NCBI GenBank assembly: GCA_041657425.1
Contig: JBBABY010000002.1
Span: 110,602-142,601 of the forward strand
Reading direction: 5' to 3'
DNA length: 32,000 nt
Origin: an archaeon
GTDB lineage: Archaea; Iainarchaeota; Iainarchaeia; Iainarchaeales; CSSED10-239
Shown here: positions 17,773 to 25,852 of the stretch, one piece after another
Position numbering within the stretch: position 1 is the first letter of the stretch
How the letters are laid out: each line of letters begins with the position of its first letter
Translations under genes and position numbers: made by a program
The notes under the pieces: generated by a model
Seen by the model: only the letters and a program-made list of their open reading frames with translations
The model's database searches: none
Told to the model about the DNA's origin: nothing

Positions 17773-18534
17773 TTATTTAATTTTTCTCGCAACAATATGT
17801 ATTGATGGACTTTTTAATTTATTAAACTTTTTATTTGGTTCTCCATATATTTCTATGGGTTCAAATCCTGTTTGCTGTAGTAATTGCTTTAATCGGTCTA
17901 TTGTATATACCTTCATATCCCATTCGTGAGGAATCATCTTATATTGGCTTATTCCTTCTTGAATGTATATCTTTTCTTTAAAGTTAATAATCTCTTTTTT
18001 GAAATTAAATTTGTCTTCATTAAATCTTACAAAGAATTTGTTATCATATTCTTTTGCTGCATCAATGAATGAATTAACTGGATTTTGTTTCATGAAATCT
18101 GTATTAAAAATATCAAAAATATATAATTTTCCAATTTTCAGTTGAGAATTAATATTCTTTAATGTTTTAATAAAATCTTCTTCAGAAAGGTGACCAATTG
18201 CATTATACATTGAAATTACACAATCTGCTTTTGGAAACTTATAATTTCTCATATCTCCTTGTTTGAAATTAAGATTTACTTTTTGCTTCTTTGCTATTTT
18301 TCTGGCTATATCAAGCATGTCCTTTGAGAAATCACTTGCATAAACTTTATAACCTTTCTTTGAGAAATAGATAGCTTGAGCTCCTGTTCCGCAAGTTATA
18401 TCAGCGACACTCTTTACTTTATATTTCTTAAATATTTTCTCTAAGAATACATTTGTTGCCTTTTTGTGTTCATTATCGGTTTCTACAAGTTCATAGAATT
18501 CTGCTAGATCTTTATAGTTGTATTGTTTTACCAT
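17773..18534 (-). CDS. class I SAM-dependent methyltransferase (Methyltransf_11/25-like)
   Basis: Motif I VADITCGTGAQAIYFSKKGYKVYASDFS. Post-I and motif II pattern DCVISMYNAIGHL. Confidence 0.8.
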   Translation of the reverse strand: MVKQYNYKDLAEFYELVETDNEHKKATNVFLEKIFKKYKVKSVADITCGTGAQAIYFSKKGYKVYASDFSKDMLDIARKIAKKQKVNLNFKQGDMRNYKFPKADCVISMYNAIGHLSEEDFIKTLKNINSQLKIGKLYIFDIFNTDFMKQNPVNSFIDAAKEYDNKFFVRFNEDKFNFKKEIINFKEKIYIQEGISQYKMIPHEWDMKVYTIDRLKQLLQQTGFEPIEIYGEPNKKFNKLKSPSIHIVARKIK

Positions 18535-18543
18535 TGTTATTCA

Positions 18544-19275
18544 CTATTTAATTGTGTTCCAAAGATAATTAAAAAACTTCCTTTCTACGTTTGCAATTTG
18601 TTTTGATTTAATTAGTATTGCTTTTGGGGTATCTTCTTGCCAATCAATGAAACCAACATAATCTCCACAAATTACTTTATTAGACGGTATTGGAGTGTCT
18701 GTTATTTTTGTCTTTAGAAAATTTCTTTGAGAATATAGGTTTTTTTGCCCATTTGGAATAATTGCTTTTGCTAAAATGTTTTTTACTTTTCTTCTAATGT
18801 CAAATTTTTTGTAATATTTAACTATTTCTTTATTATTTTCTAGAATTGGAGTGTCTGCCGGATAAAATAGATATTCTTCTCCTTTTTCTGTATTTGCAAT
18901 TATTGTATTATTAAATGTTGTAATACCAGGAAAACCTACAAAAATTTCAAAAGAGTTTGAATATTCGTCAGATATCTTATTTTGTACTTTTTTTAGATTT
19001 TCAACAATTGCTGTTAACTTTACTTCTTTTTCTTTTATAAAACTTAAAATGTTATCTGGATCTTTTGCAAAATATATCTTCTTTCCTCCTTTCTGTGTGA
19101 AAGAAACAAATCCTTTGTTTATTAGTCTTGTGATATTGAAATGAAAAACAGAATTTTGGAGATTTTCTTTTGAGATTATTTGACCTGCTGATGATGGACC
19201 AGTCCTTAACAAAGACACATATACTTTAATCTCTCCTGCCGTAAAGCCAAGTTCTTCAAGTATCTGTAAATCCAT
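18544..19275 (-). CDS. TrmB-family transcriptional regulator
   Basis: MDLQILEELGFTAGEIKVYVSLLRTGPSSAGQII... is a typical TrmB N-terminus. The ORF-track start at 19362 is a GTG extension, so I trimmed it to the ATG at 19275. Confidence 0.75.
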   Translation of the reverse strand: MDLQILEELGFTAGEIKVYVSLLRTGPSSAGQIISKENLQNSVFHFNITRLINKGFVSFTQKGGKKIYFAKDPDNILSFIKEKEVKLTAIVENLKKVQNKISDEYSNSFEIFVGFPGITTFNNTIIANTEKGEEYLFYPADTPILENNKEIVKYYKKFDIRRKVKNILAKAIIPNGQKNLYSQRNFLKTKITDTPIPSNKVICGDYVGFIDWQEDTPKAILIKSKQIANVERKFFNYLWNTIK

Positions 19276-19412
19276 ATATATTACTAGGATAATTAAATAT
19301 ATATACCTATGTTTATGTCCTCCTAGTTTGGAGAACAGAAGTTTATATCTCTCTTTATCCACAAGTTATTTATTCACGATAATAAAGTAAAACTAAACGG
19401 AGAGATAAAAAT

Positions 19413-20573
19413 ATGAAAAATAAAACATGGTTAATAATTTCAATTGCAATAGTTGTTCTAGTTTTAGTAATTGCAATAATCGGATTTAATTCAGGCAGTA
19501 CTGGATTATTAACTTTAGGAAATACTAAAGAGCAAACAATCAAGATTGGAGTACTTGCAACACAAACAGGAAGTGGAACATACTTCGGGGCTCAAGAAAT
19601 TAAAGGGCTAAATGTGGCTTTAGATGAAATTAATGCCAATGGTGGAATCAATGGAAAGAAAGTTGAACTAATTATTGAAGACACCCAATCAGATTCAAAA
19701 CAAGCAATTAACGCTACAAATAAATTAATAAATATAGATAATGTAGAATACATTATTGGAGACTCATGGAATGATACAACACTTGCAATAGTTCCAGTTA
19801 CTAATGACAATAAAGTTATTGTAATTTCACCAGCAGCTAATCTTGAATCGTTATCAAAAAACGACTATATGTTTAGAACAACACCGACTATTAAAGACAT
19901 GATGATTGTTCTTGCAGATTATACATATAATGATTTAGGAATTAGAAGTGTTGGAATAGTCTTACCTGGAACTGCATTCAGTTTAGAACACGAACAATAC
20001 TTTAGAGAAGAATTCACTAAACTTGGAGGAACAGTATATACTGAACAATTCGCACCAGGAACAATTGATATTAAAACAGAATTAATGAAATTAAAAGCAA
20101 AAAATCCAGATGCATACTTTGATTTACAATTTTCAGGAACTCTTGGAACTGTTATGCAACAAGGAACTGATCTTGAATTAATGGATAAAGTTTGGTTAGC
20201 ACATTATGGCGCACAAAGCGACGCTATGGTAAATCAATACAAAGATTACACAGATGGATTAATTTACACATACACATATGATTCAAGTGCTCAATTAAAA
20301 TCAATGACTGAATTTAATCAAAAGTATCAAGCAAAATATAATTCATTACCAGATGGAACAGCAGCAAACTCTTATGATGCATTGATTATTCTTGCTAAAG
20401 CTATTGAACATTCAAGAAATGACACAGACAAGGCAAAAGAATACTTAAGTACAAAGATTAAAAATCAAAAAGGTGCAAGTGGAATTATTTCATTTGATGC
20501 TTACGGTAATGCAAAAAAAGATATAATTATTAAACAAATAAAAAACGGAAAATTTGTAAAGATATCTAATTAG
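19413..20573 (+). CDS. ABC substrate-binding protein 5, LivK-like, membrane-anchored
   Basis: The N-terminus MKNKTWLIISIAIVVLVLVIAIIGFNSGSTGLL is nearly the same as in binding protein 1. It is followed by IKIGVLATQTGSGTYFGAQEIKGLNVALDEINANGGINGKKVELI. Confidence 0.85.
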   Translation: MKNKTWLIISIAIVVLVLVIAIIGFNSGSTGLLTLGNTKEQTIKIGVLATQTGSGTYFGAQEIKGLNVALDEINANGGINGKKVELIIEDTQSDSKQAINATNKLINIDNVEYIIGDSWNDTTLAIVPVTNDNKVIVISPAANLESLSKNDYMFRTTPTIKDMMIVLADYTYNDLGIRSVGIVLPGTAFSLEHEQYFREEFTKLGGTVYTEQFAPGTIDIKTELMKLKAKNPDAYFDLQFSGTLGTVMQQGTDLELMDKVWLAHYGAQSDAMVNQYKDYTDGLIYTYTYDSSAQLKSMTEFNQKYQAKYNSLPDGTAANSYDALIILAKAIEHSRNDTDKAKEYLSTKIKNQKGASGIISFDAYGNAKKDIIIKQIKNGKFVKISN

Positions 20574-20588
20574 ATCTTTTCTCTTTTT

Positions 20589-21116
20589 TTATATTTTCAA
20601 TATATAATGATTTAACATTACTTTACTTGCTCTTCTTCTACTTTTCGCTTTTTTTGTAAATTTAAAACCACAAGCAATTATATTATTTTCTGAAATCTTA
20701 TTTTCTGGATTAACATCAGTTACTACGTATTTCTTTTTTATTTTCTTTAAATATTCTATTCTTTTCTCTATTAAAAATCTCTGCAACCCATAACCTCTAA
20801 ACTTTGGAGAAACTGCTGTAGCAACCATATCTCCTACTTGTGCCATTTGCTTTTCAGAAAGATTATAATCACTCGCCCAAGTTTTATCCATATCTAGAAC
20901 AATCCCTGCCCATGCAACTAATCTCTTACCATAGAAAACTAACCAAAGTTTTCTACCATTTGACATCATATTCTTAAGTTTTATTTTATTGTGTCTAAAA
21001 TAAAATCTATGATCTACTTGCTTGTAAATATTGATATCAAATCTATTAATTTTATCAATATCTTCTTCTTTAGCAAAACGATAAGTGAAGGTCTTATCTT
21101 TTAGTTTTACTTTCAT
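20589..21116 (-). CDS. GNAT-family N-acetyltransferase
   Basis: Acetyl-CoA binding pattern VATAVSPKFRGYGLQRFLIEKRIEYL. Start trimmed to the ATG at 21116 (MKVKLKDKTF...), which removes the overlap with the divergent NIF3 gene. Confidence 0.7.
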   Translation of the reverse strand: MKVKLKDKTFTYRFAKEEDIDKINRFDINIYKQVDHRFYFRHNKIKLKNMMSNGRKLWLVFYGKRLVAWAGIVLDMDKTWASDYNLSEKQMAQVGDMVATAVSPKFRGYGLQRFLIEKRIEYLKKIKKKYVVTDVNPENKISENNIIACGFKFTKKAKSRRRASKVMLNHYILKI

Positions 21117-21169
21117 TATATTATTAGAAATACAAAGAATTAAAAAAGAGATATTGTATATAGTGTAGT

Positions 21170-22015
21170 ATGATTGCACAAAATTTATATGATAAATTAG
21201 AAATTGACTTTATTGCTAGAAGAGGACTTAGCGATGAATGGACAGAAGTTGGTACTTCTGAATACTTATCTCCTAACTTTAAAAAAAGATCAATGGGTAT
21301 AGTTTATGATTTTTCTACAGAAATTAAGAAAGTATATACTGCTGTTTTCCCTGAAGACACTGTAATAAAGAAAATACTTGCAAAGAAGGAAACAGATATA
21401 CTTTTGTTTGTACATCATCCAATGACTTGGGATATTAAAGATTGTCCAAAGTGTTTTACTCCAATATCTGAGAAAACCTTAAAGATATTTAAAGAAAGAA
21501 GAATATCAATGTATAACCTTCATGTGCCACTTGATAACTTTGGGAAATACTCAACAACCAATACTTTAGCAAAAGAACTTGGAATCAAAGTAGAAACTCA
21601 ATTTGCTCCTTATTTTGGAGGGGTTTGCGGAGTAATTGGAACAATTGATATTGATGAAATTAAAAAAATAAAAACCATATTTGAAAAATCAATGGGCCAC
21701 AAAATAAAATTATACAAATATGGAGATGACCACATCAAAGACAAGAAAGTAGCTCTTGTTGCTGGTGGTGGAAATGATATTGAAATCGTAAAACTAATAC
21801 CTAAAAGTTGTAACTTATTTATAACTGGAATCACTGCAAAAAATGCACATTCTAAAAAAGCACATGATTACTTAGAAGAAAGAAAGATTAACCTTCTTGG
21901 TGGAACACATTACTCTACAGAAAAATTTGCATGTATTGCGATGGTAGAATATTTCAAGAAACAAGGATTGCCTAGTGAATTTATTGCAGGAGTTCCTGGT
22001 ATGGAAGATATTTAA
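21170..22015 (+). CDS. NIF3-family (DUF34) dinuclear-metal-centre protein
   Basis: Conserved metal-ligand blocks LLFVHHPMTWD, NLHVPLDN and GGTHYSTEKF. Confidence 0.8.
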   Translation: MIAQNLYDKLEIDFIARRGLSDEWTEVGTSEYLSPNFKKRSMGIVYDFSTEIKKVYTAVFPEDTVIKKILAKKETDILLFVHHPMTWDIKDCPKCFTPISEKTLKIFKERRISMYNLHVPLDNFGKYSTTNTLAKELGIKVETQFAPYFGGVCGVIGTIDIDEIKKIKTIFEKSMGHKIKLYKYGDDHIKDKKVALVAGGGNDIEIVKLIPKSCNLFITGITAKNAHSKKAHDYLEERKINLLGGTHYSTEKFACIAMVEYFKKQGLPSEFIAGVPGMEDI

Positions 22016-22016
22016 T

Positions 22017-22688
22017 TTACTTTAAATTTCTTCTTGGATTTTTTATTCTTCTATTTGGGATTACTAATTTCGGTTCTTTAAGATCTGGAAAATCCACAAA
22101 ATCTAATGTTAGCTTATTTTGGATTGCAGATTGTACCAATGGTTTCTCTATTTTTAATTTTCCTTCTTTATCAAATCCTCTTTCTCTAATATAAGCCAAT
22201 GGTTTCTCTAAAGAGGATAATTGTTTAATTCTTTTAATATCTGGATAAAAAATCTGATCTTTTACTTGATTATATGTACAGGACACTACTGTAGAAAGTA
22301 AATCTTCTCTAAACTTCTTTGCTCTAGAATTATCTATTTTAACATTTTTCTGCCCTTGTATATAATCAATAATTATAGAATTTGTTTTTCGATTATAAAT
22401 TAATCCGCAAGTACCAACCTTTACTAATCCAGATTCTGTAGGATAACTAATACTTAAAATTATTGTTGCACATGTATTTCTGTCTAATTTTCCATTAGGA
22501 ATTACAGTACTTGTCTTTTCATTAAGAAAATAAGTTTCTGAAGGTTCTATCTTTATTAAACAACTATTATTTTTATGTAAATAAGAACTAAAGATTATTA
22601 AATTATCAATTATCTTTGAAAGCCTTAGATCAAAATGATCTGCTTGTTCTTTTAAGAACTTATAGTCACTTTCAGATATTGGTTGCAT
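22017..22688 (-). CDS. hypothetical protein
   Basis: 223-aa ORF, tightly packed. It is 9 nt downstream of 22698..23171. Confidence 0.5.
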   Translation of the reverse strand: MQPISESDYKFLKEQADHFDLRLSKIIDNLIIFSSYLHKNNSCLIKIEPSETYFLNEKTSTVIPNGKLDRNTCATIILSISYPTESGLVKVGTCGLIYNRKTNSIIIDYIQGQKNVKIDNSRAKKFREDLLSTVVSCTYNQVKDQIFYPDIKRIKQLSSLEKPLAYIRERGFDKEGKLKIEKPLVQSAIQNKLTLDFVDFPDLKEPKLVIPNRRIKNPRRNLK

Positions 22689-22697
22689 ACTTTAAAA

Positions 22698-23171
22698 TCA
22701 TTTTGTTAATTCATATTTTTTTAAAACTTTCTTTATTAAATCTAATCTTAATATTCCTTTCCTTATTGCTTCTGATTCTAGAATCTCATGTTCTTTAAAT
22801 TGAGGAATATTTATATTTATTTGACTAGTAATTAATTTATCTTTAATTGCAAGACCTGTGCCTATATAATGATTTAAAAAATCAAATTCTAAATGGTCTT
22901 CTTCTGTCAACATTAAAATATTTTCTAGTCTTTTTAATTTATTTCTTGCAATTTTTATTTCTACATCTAATTTTAATTTAAGTCTTTCTCTTGCTTTTTC
23001 AGATAGTGGCTTTTTAAGTTTCTCTTTAAATTCAGAAGAATCACACACATCTTTTTCTAATGTGTGAATTTCATTAGCTACAGTTTTAAAAAACGTTTGA
23101 AATCTTTCGGTTTTTGGTCCAGTGTTATGTGTGATTTTGGAAACCTCAAACACTTTTACTTTTGGCGACAT
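22698..23171 (-). CDS. hypothetical protein, Lys/Glu-rich central region (possible coiled coil)
   Basis: 157-aa ORF. It contains the Lys/Glu-rich stretch KEKLKKPLSEKARERLKLKLDVEIKIARNKLKRLENIL. Confidence 0.5.
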   Translation of the reverse strand: MSPKVKVFEVSKITHNTGPKTERFQTFFKTVANEIHTLEKDVCDSSEFKEKLKKPLSEKARERLKLKLDVEIKIARNKLKRLENILMLTEEDHLEFDFLNHYIGTGLAIKDKLITSQININIPQFKEHEILESEAIRKGILRLDLIKKVLKKYELTK

Positions 23172-23211
23172 AAATATATCTAAACTTAGTTTATTTTATA
23201 TTTGTTTTCTT

Positions 23212-23715
23212 TTAATCAGACATTCTTAAAATTTTGCGTTTTTTAAAAATATTATCTATGATCGTTGTAGTAGATACATTAAAATCTTTTTTATCAGGAT
23301 AAACTATTAATTCCCAATAGGGCCTTAAAAATTCATTTTTCTTTTGTTTTTGTATTGTTGTAGATATCACTGTAACAATTGTGGGTTTAAAATATTCTAA
23401 AATTTTAATATAATCTTCAAGAGAATTTGATTTATCTAAATAAACGTAATCAACCCCTTTTATTCCATCAACAACTTGTGCTCTTTGCATCTGTGGATTA
23501 ATTGGTCTTAATTTTCCTTTTTTCTTTTTTGTAAATTTATCTGATTGAATTAAAATTACCACAATATCTGCTTTTTTACTAAATATGTCAAGTGCATAAA
23601 TGTGTCCAGGATGAATTATATCAAATACCCCTTTTTTTATTAAAACCGATTTCCCGTCTATTTTTGCAATATCAATTATTTTCTTTAATTTAGATTTGGA
23701 TTTTATAATAACCAT
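23212..23715 (-). CDS. cytidylyltransferase-family nucleotidyltransferase (RibL/TagD-like)
   Basis: HxGH motif in GVFDIIHPGHIYALDIFSKKADIVVILIQSD. The first ATG is at 23715, and the ORF-track start at 23724 is a GTG. Confidence 0.7.
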   Translation of the reverse strand: MVIIKSKSKLKKIIDIAKIDGKSVLIKKGVFDIIHPGHIYALDIFSKKADIVVILIQSDKFTKKKKGKLRPINPQMQRAQVVDGIKGVDYVYLDKSNSLEDYIKILEYFKPTIVTVISTTIQKQKKNEFLRPYWELIVYPDKKDFNVSTTTIIDNIFKKRKILRMSD

Positions 23716-23744
23716 ATTCCCCACATTATAAAGTAGTTACATAA

Positions 23745-23796
23745 ATTTATAAAATATTACAATAAAACATATTTATAAAATATTACAATAAAACAT
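23745..23796. repeat. perfect tandem duplication of a 26-nt unit ATTTATAAAATATTACAATAAAACAT containing a TATA-like box
   Basis: The two identical units are at 23745..23770 and 23771..23796. They lie in the divergent intergenic region between 23715(-) and 23822(+). Confidence 0.85.
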
Positions 23797-23821
23797 ATCT
23801 ATTAATATTTGAGGAATTACT

Positions 23822-24439
23822 ATGGCACCAAAAAGACCAGCAATAAGAATTAAGAAAAAGACTATTGTTAAAAAACAAGTACCAATTGTTCAACTTGAGA
23901 ACAATAGAAATATTGCCGGAAGAATAAGAGATTTAGTAAGCCGAAATCCAGACATTACAGTAATTGAATTTATTGCTAGGTCCAGATATAAAAATCCAGA
24001 AAATAAAAAAATTATTGATTTGTTAAAAAAAGAATTTGGAGATTTAAAGATTGCAGAATTAAAGACTCCACAGATAGATTATTTATTTGCAATGTATACT
24101 GAAGAACCCGCACTTAGAGAACAAGCACTTAAAAGAATGATGGCTGATAAGTTACAACTAAGTCACAGAATACCAAGACAAAGAATTGATTTTGTAAATA
24201 AATGTAAAAAAGACAAAGCATTTGGAGCAAGAACCGAATTATTATTACACTTTTTTAGTAAAAAAGCATTTAATAGAAAAACATTAAAAGAAGATGAAGC
24301 TGTTTTAAAAGTTTTTGGAAATATAAAATTAAAATATTATAATAATGAAATGAATCATTATTGGCATTTACAAAAAGAATTTCCAGATCTTACACTTAAT
24401 GAAATAAAAGAACTTACAAAATATACAAAAGAGAACTAA
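23822..24439 (+). CDS. hypothetical basic protein
   Basis: 205-aa ORF with a Lys/Arg-rich N-terminus (MAPKRPAIRIKKKTIVKKQ). GAGGA lies 8 nt upstream of the ATG. Confidence 0.55.
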   Translation: MAPKRPAIRIKKKTIVKKQVPIVQLENNRNIAGRIRDLVSRNPDITVIEFIARSRYKNPENKKIIDLLKKEFGDLKIAELKTPQIDYLFAMYTEEPALREQALKRMMADKLQLSHRIPRQRIDFVNKCKKDKAFGARTELLLHFFSKKAFNRKTLKEDEAVLKVFGNIKLKYYNNEMNHYWHLQKEFPDLTLNEIKELTKYTKEN

Positions 24440-24909
24440 AAATATTCCTTAAACTCTTCAATTACTTTTTTCATAAATTCAATTTGTATTGGAAATAAGA
24501 TAATTGATTCAAAATTATTTTTATTAAACCATTTAATTCCTGCAACTTCTTCTACTTGTAATTTAAATTCTTGATTTGGATTTTTTAATTTTAATACGAA
24601 AATAACTCTTTCTTGTCCATCGTACCAAACTCCTTTCTTTTCGAACTTCTTTTGACTTACTTCTTTAGGCCAAGTAAATTTATCTGTATATTTACTTTTT
24701 CCAATTATATCATAATCCAGTTCTGTAATTCCAATCTCTTCAAGCATTTCTCTTTTTAGAGCAGTTTCAAAATCTTCATTTCCTTCAACCCCACCAGCTG
24801 GGATCTTCCAATAGTCTGGTTCACTTCGATCTTTCTTAACTCCAAGAACCATTAAAAATTCTTTTTTATCATTTATTATAAAAGCCGAAGCTCCTTGTCT
24901 GTAGTTCAT
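24436..24909 (-). CDS. NUDIX hydrolase
   Basis: Nudix box GGVEGNEDFETALKREMLEEIGI. GGAGG precedes the ATG. Confidence 0.85.
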   Translation of the reverse strand: MNYRQGASAFIINDKKEFLMVLGVKKDRSEPDYWKIPAGGVEGNEDFETALKREMLEEIGITELDYDIIGKSKYTDKFTWPKEVSQKKFEKKGVWYDGQERVIFVLKLKNPNQEFKLQVEEVAGIKWFNKNNFESIILFPIQIEFMKKVIEEFKEYF

Positions 24910-24931
24910 ATTAGTTTCCTCCTTATTAATT

Positions 24932-25696
24932 CTAATTTTTTAATTTAATTGGAAGTAACAAATTTGTTTTTTTCTTGTATAACAAATATTCTTTATTATC
25001 CTTAAATTGAGCATCATACTTCTTTTCTAAAGTTGGTATCCCAGTTACAAACAATAACAAAAAGATAATAAACAAAGGACTAATTACTGAATAAATAAGA
25101 GTAATGGAATTAAGATAAAACGCAGTGTAAATAAAAATTCCTGCCCAACAAAGCATTTCTCCAAAATAGTTTGGATGTCTTGCGTATGTCCATAACCCTG
25201 AGTTAATCCATTTATCTTTATTATTTTGTTTAAAATTAAACTTTTGAATATCTGAAATTGCTTCTATTGATAATCCTAAAGCCCAGATTGCCACTCCAAT
25301 TAGACTTAGATAATTAAAATTGGAATTTGAGTTTGAACTAAAAATAAATAATGAATTAATCATTATTACAAAAACAGAAACTCCTTGTAAGAACCAAAAC
25401 ATAAAAAACTTAAAAAAATTATTTCTAATATCATCAAACCTTGTGTCTCTTCCAATCTTATTTATCCTATAAAATAAATAAGAGCCTAATCTTAAAGCCC
25501 AAAGAAGAATCATTAATAACAATATTATTCTTACTGCATCATGAGTTGAACTAAAAAATGCAAAAAAAGCAAGAATTACAAAAGACAAAGAATAACTTAA
25601 ATCTGTTAACTTGTCTGTTTTAAATAAGAAAGCTGGAATGAATAATATCATCTGAATTATTAATGAAATAACTAAATAATAAAATAATTCTAACAT
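24932..25696 (-). CDS. DUF1295 / steroid-5-alpha-reductase-like polytopic membrane protein
   Basis: The C-terminal block SGLWTYARHPNYFGEMLCWAGIF is characteristic of the family. Start set to the ATG at 25696 (MLELFYYLV...). The ORF-track extension to 25783 reads through the GC-rich repeat and starts on a TTG. Confidence 0.8.
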   Translation of the reverse strand: MLELFYYLVISLIIQMILFIPAFLFKTDKLTDLSYSLSFVILAFFAFFSSTHDAVRIILLLMILLWALRLGSYLFYRINKIGRDTRFDDIRNNFFKFFMFWFLQGVSVFVIMINSLFIFSSNSNSNFNYLSLIGVAIWALGLSIEAISDIQKFNFKQNNKDKWINSGLWTYARHPNYFGEMLCWAGIFIYTAFYLNSITLIYSVISPLFIIFLLLFVTGIPTLEKKYDAQFKDNKEYLLYKKKTNLLLPIKLKN

Positions 25697-25709
25697 TGTT
25701 TTTACCTTA

Positions 25710-25802
25710 AAGCTCCAGACGCGCTCAGTTAGGACCATACGCAATCTGGCTGGGCGCGAGCCGACCGCAACCGGCTCACCCAAAAATTAAAAGCGCACGA
25801 TT
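25710..25802. repeat. junction element A: tRNA-Thr 3'-end core AAGCTCCAGACG plus right arm interrupted by a 52-nt GC-rich insertion
   Basis: The core is at 25710..25721. The arm CGCTC...CCCAAAAATTAAAAGCGCACG matches B and C. The insertion at 25727..25778 contains hairpin GAGCCG-N8-CGGCTC. There is no left arm, and the element directly abuts the DUF1295 start. Confidence 0.8.
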
Positions 25803-25852
25803 TTATTCTAATAACCATTTCTATAAAGGCATATATTTAATAGCTTTATTAC

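Noticed and set aside
25697-25783. N-terminal extension of the DUF1295 ORF (MGEPVAVGSRPARLRMVLTERVWSFKVKT...)
   Set aside because: It starts on a TTG and reads straight through GC-rich junction element A. It has Arg/Gly/Ala-rich composition unlike any other protein here. The family-typical hydrophobic N-terminus begins at the ATG at 25696.
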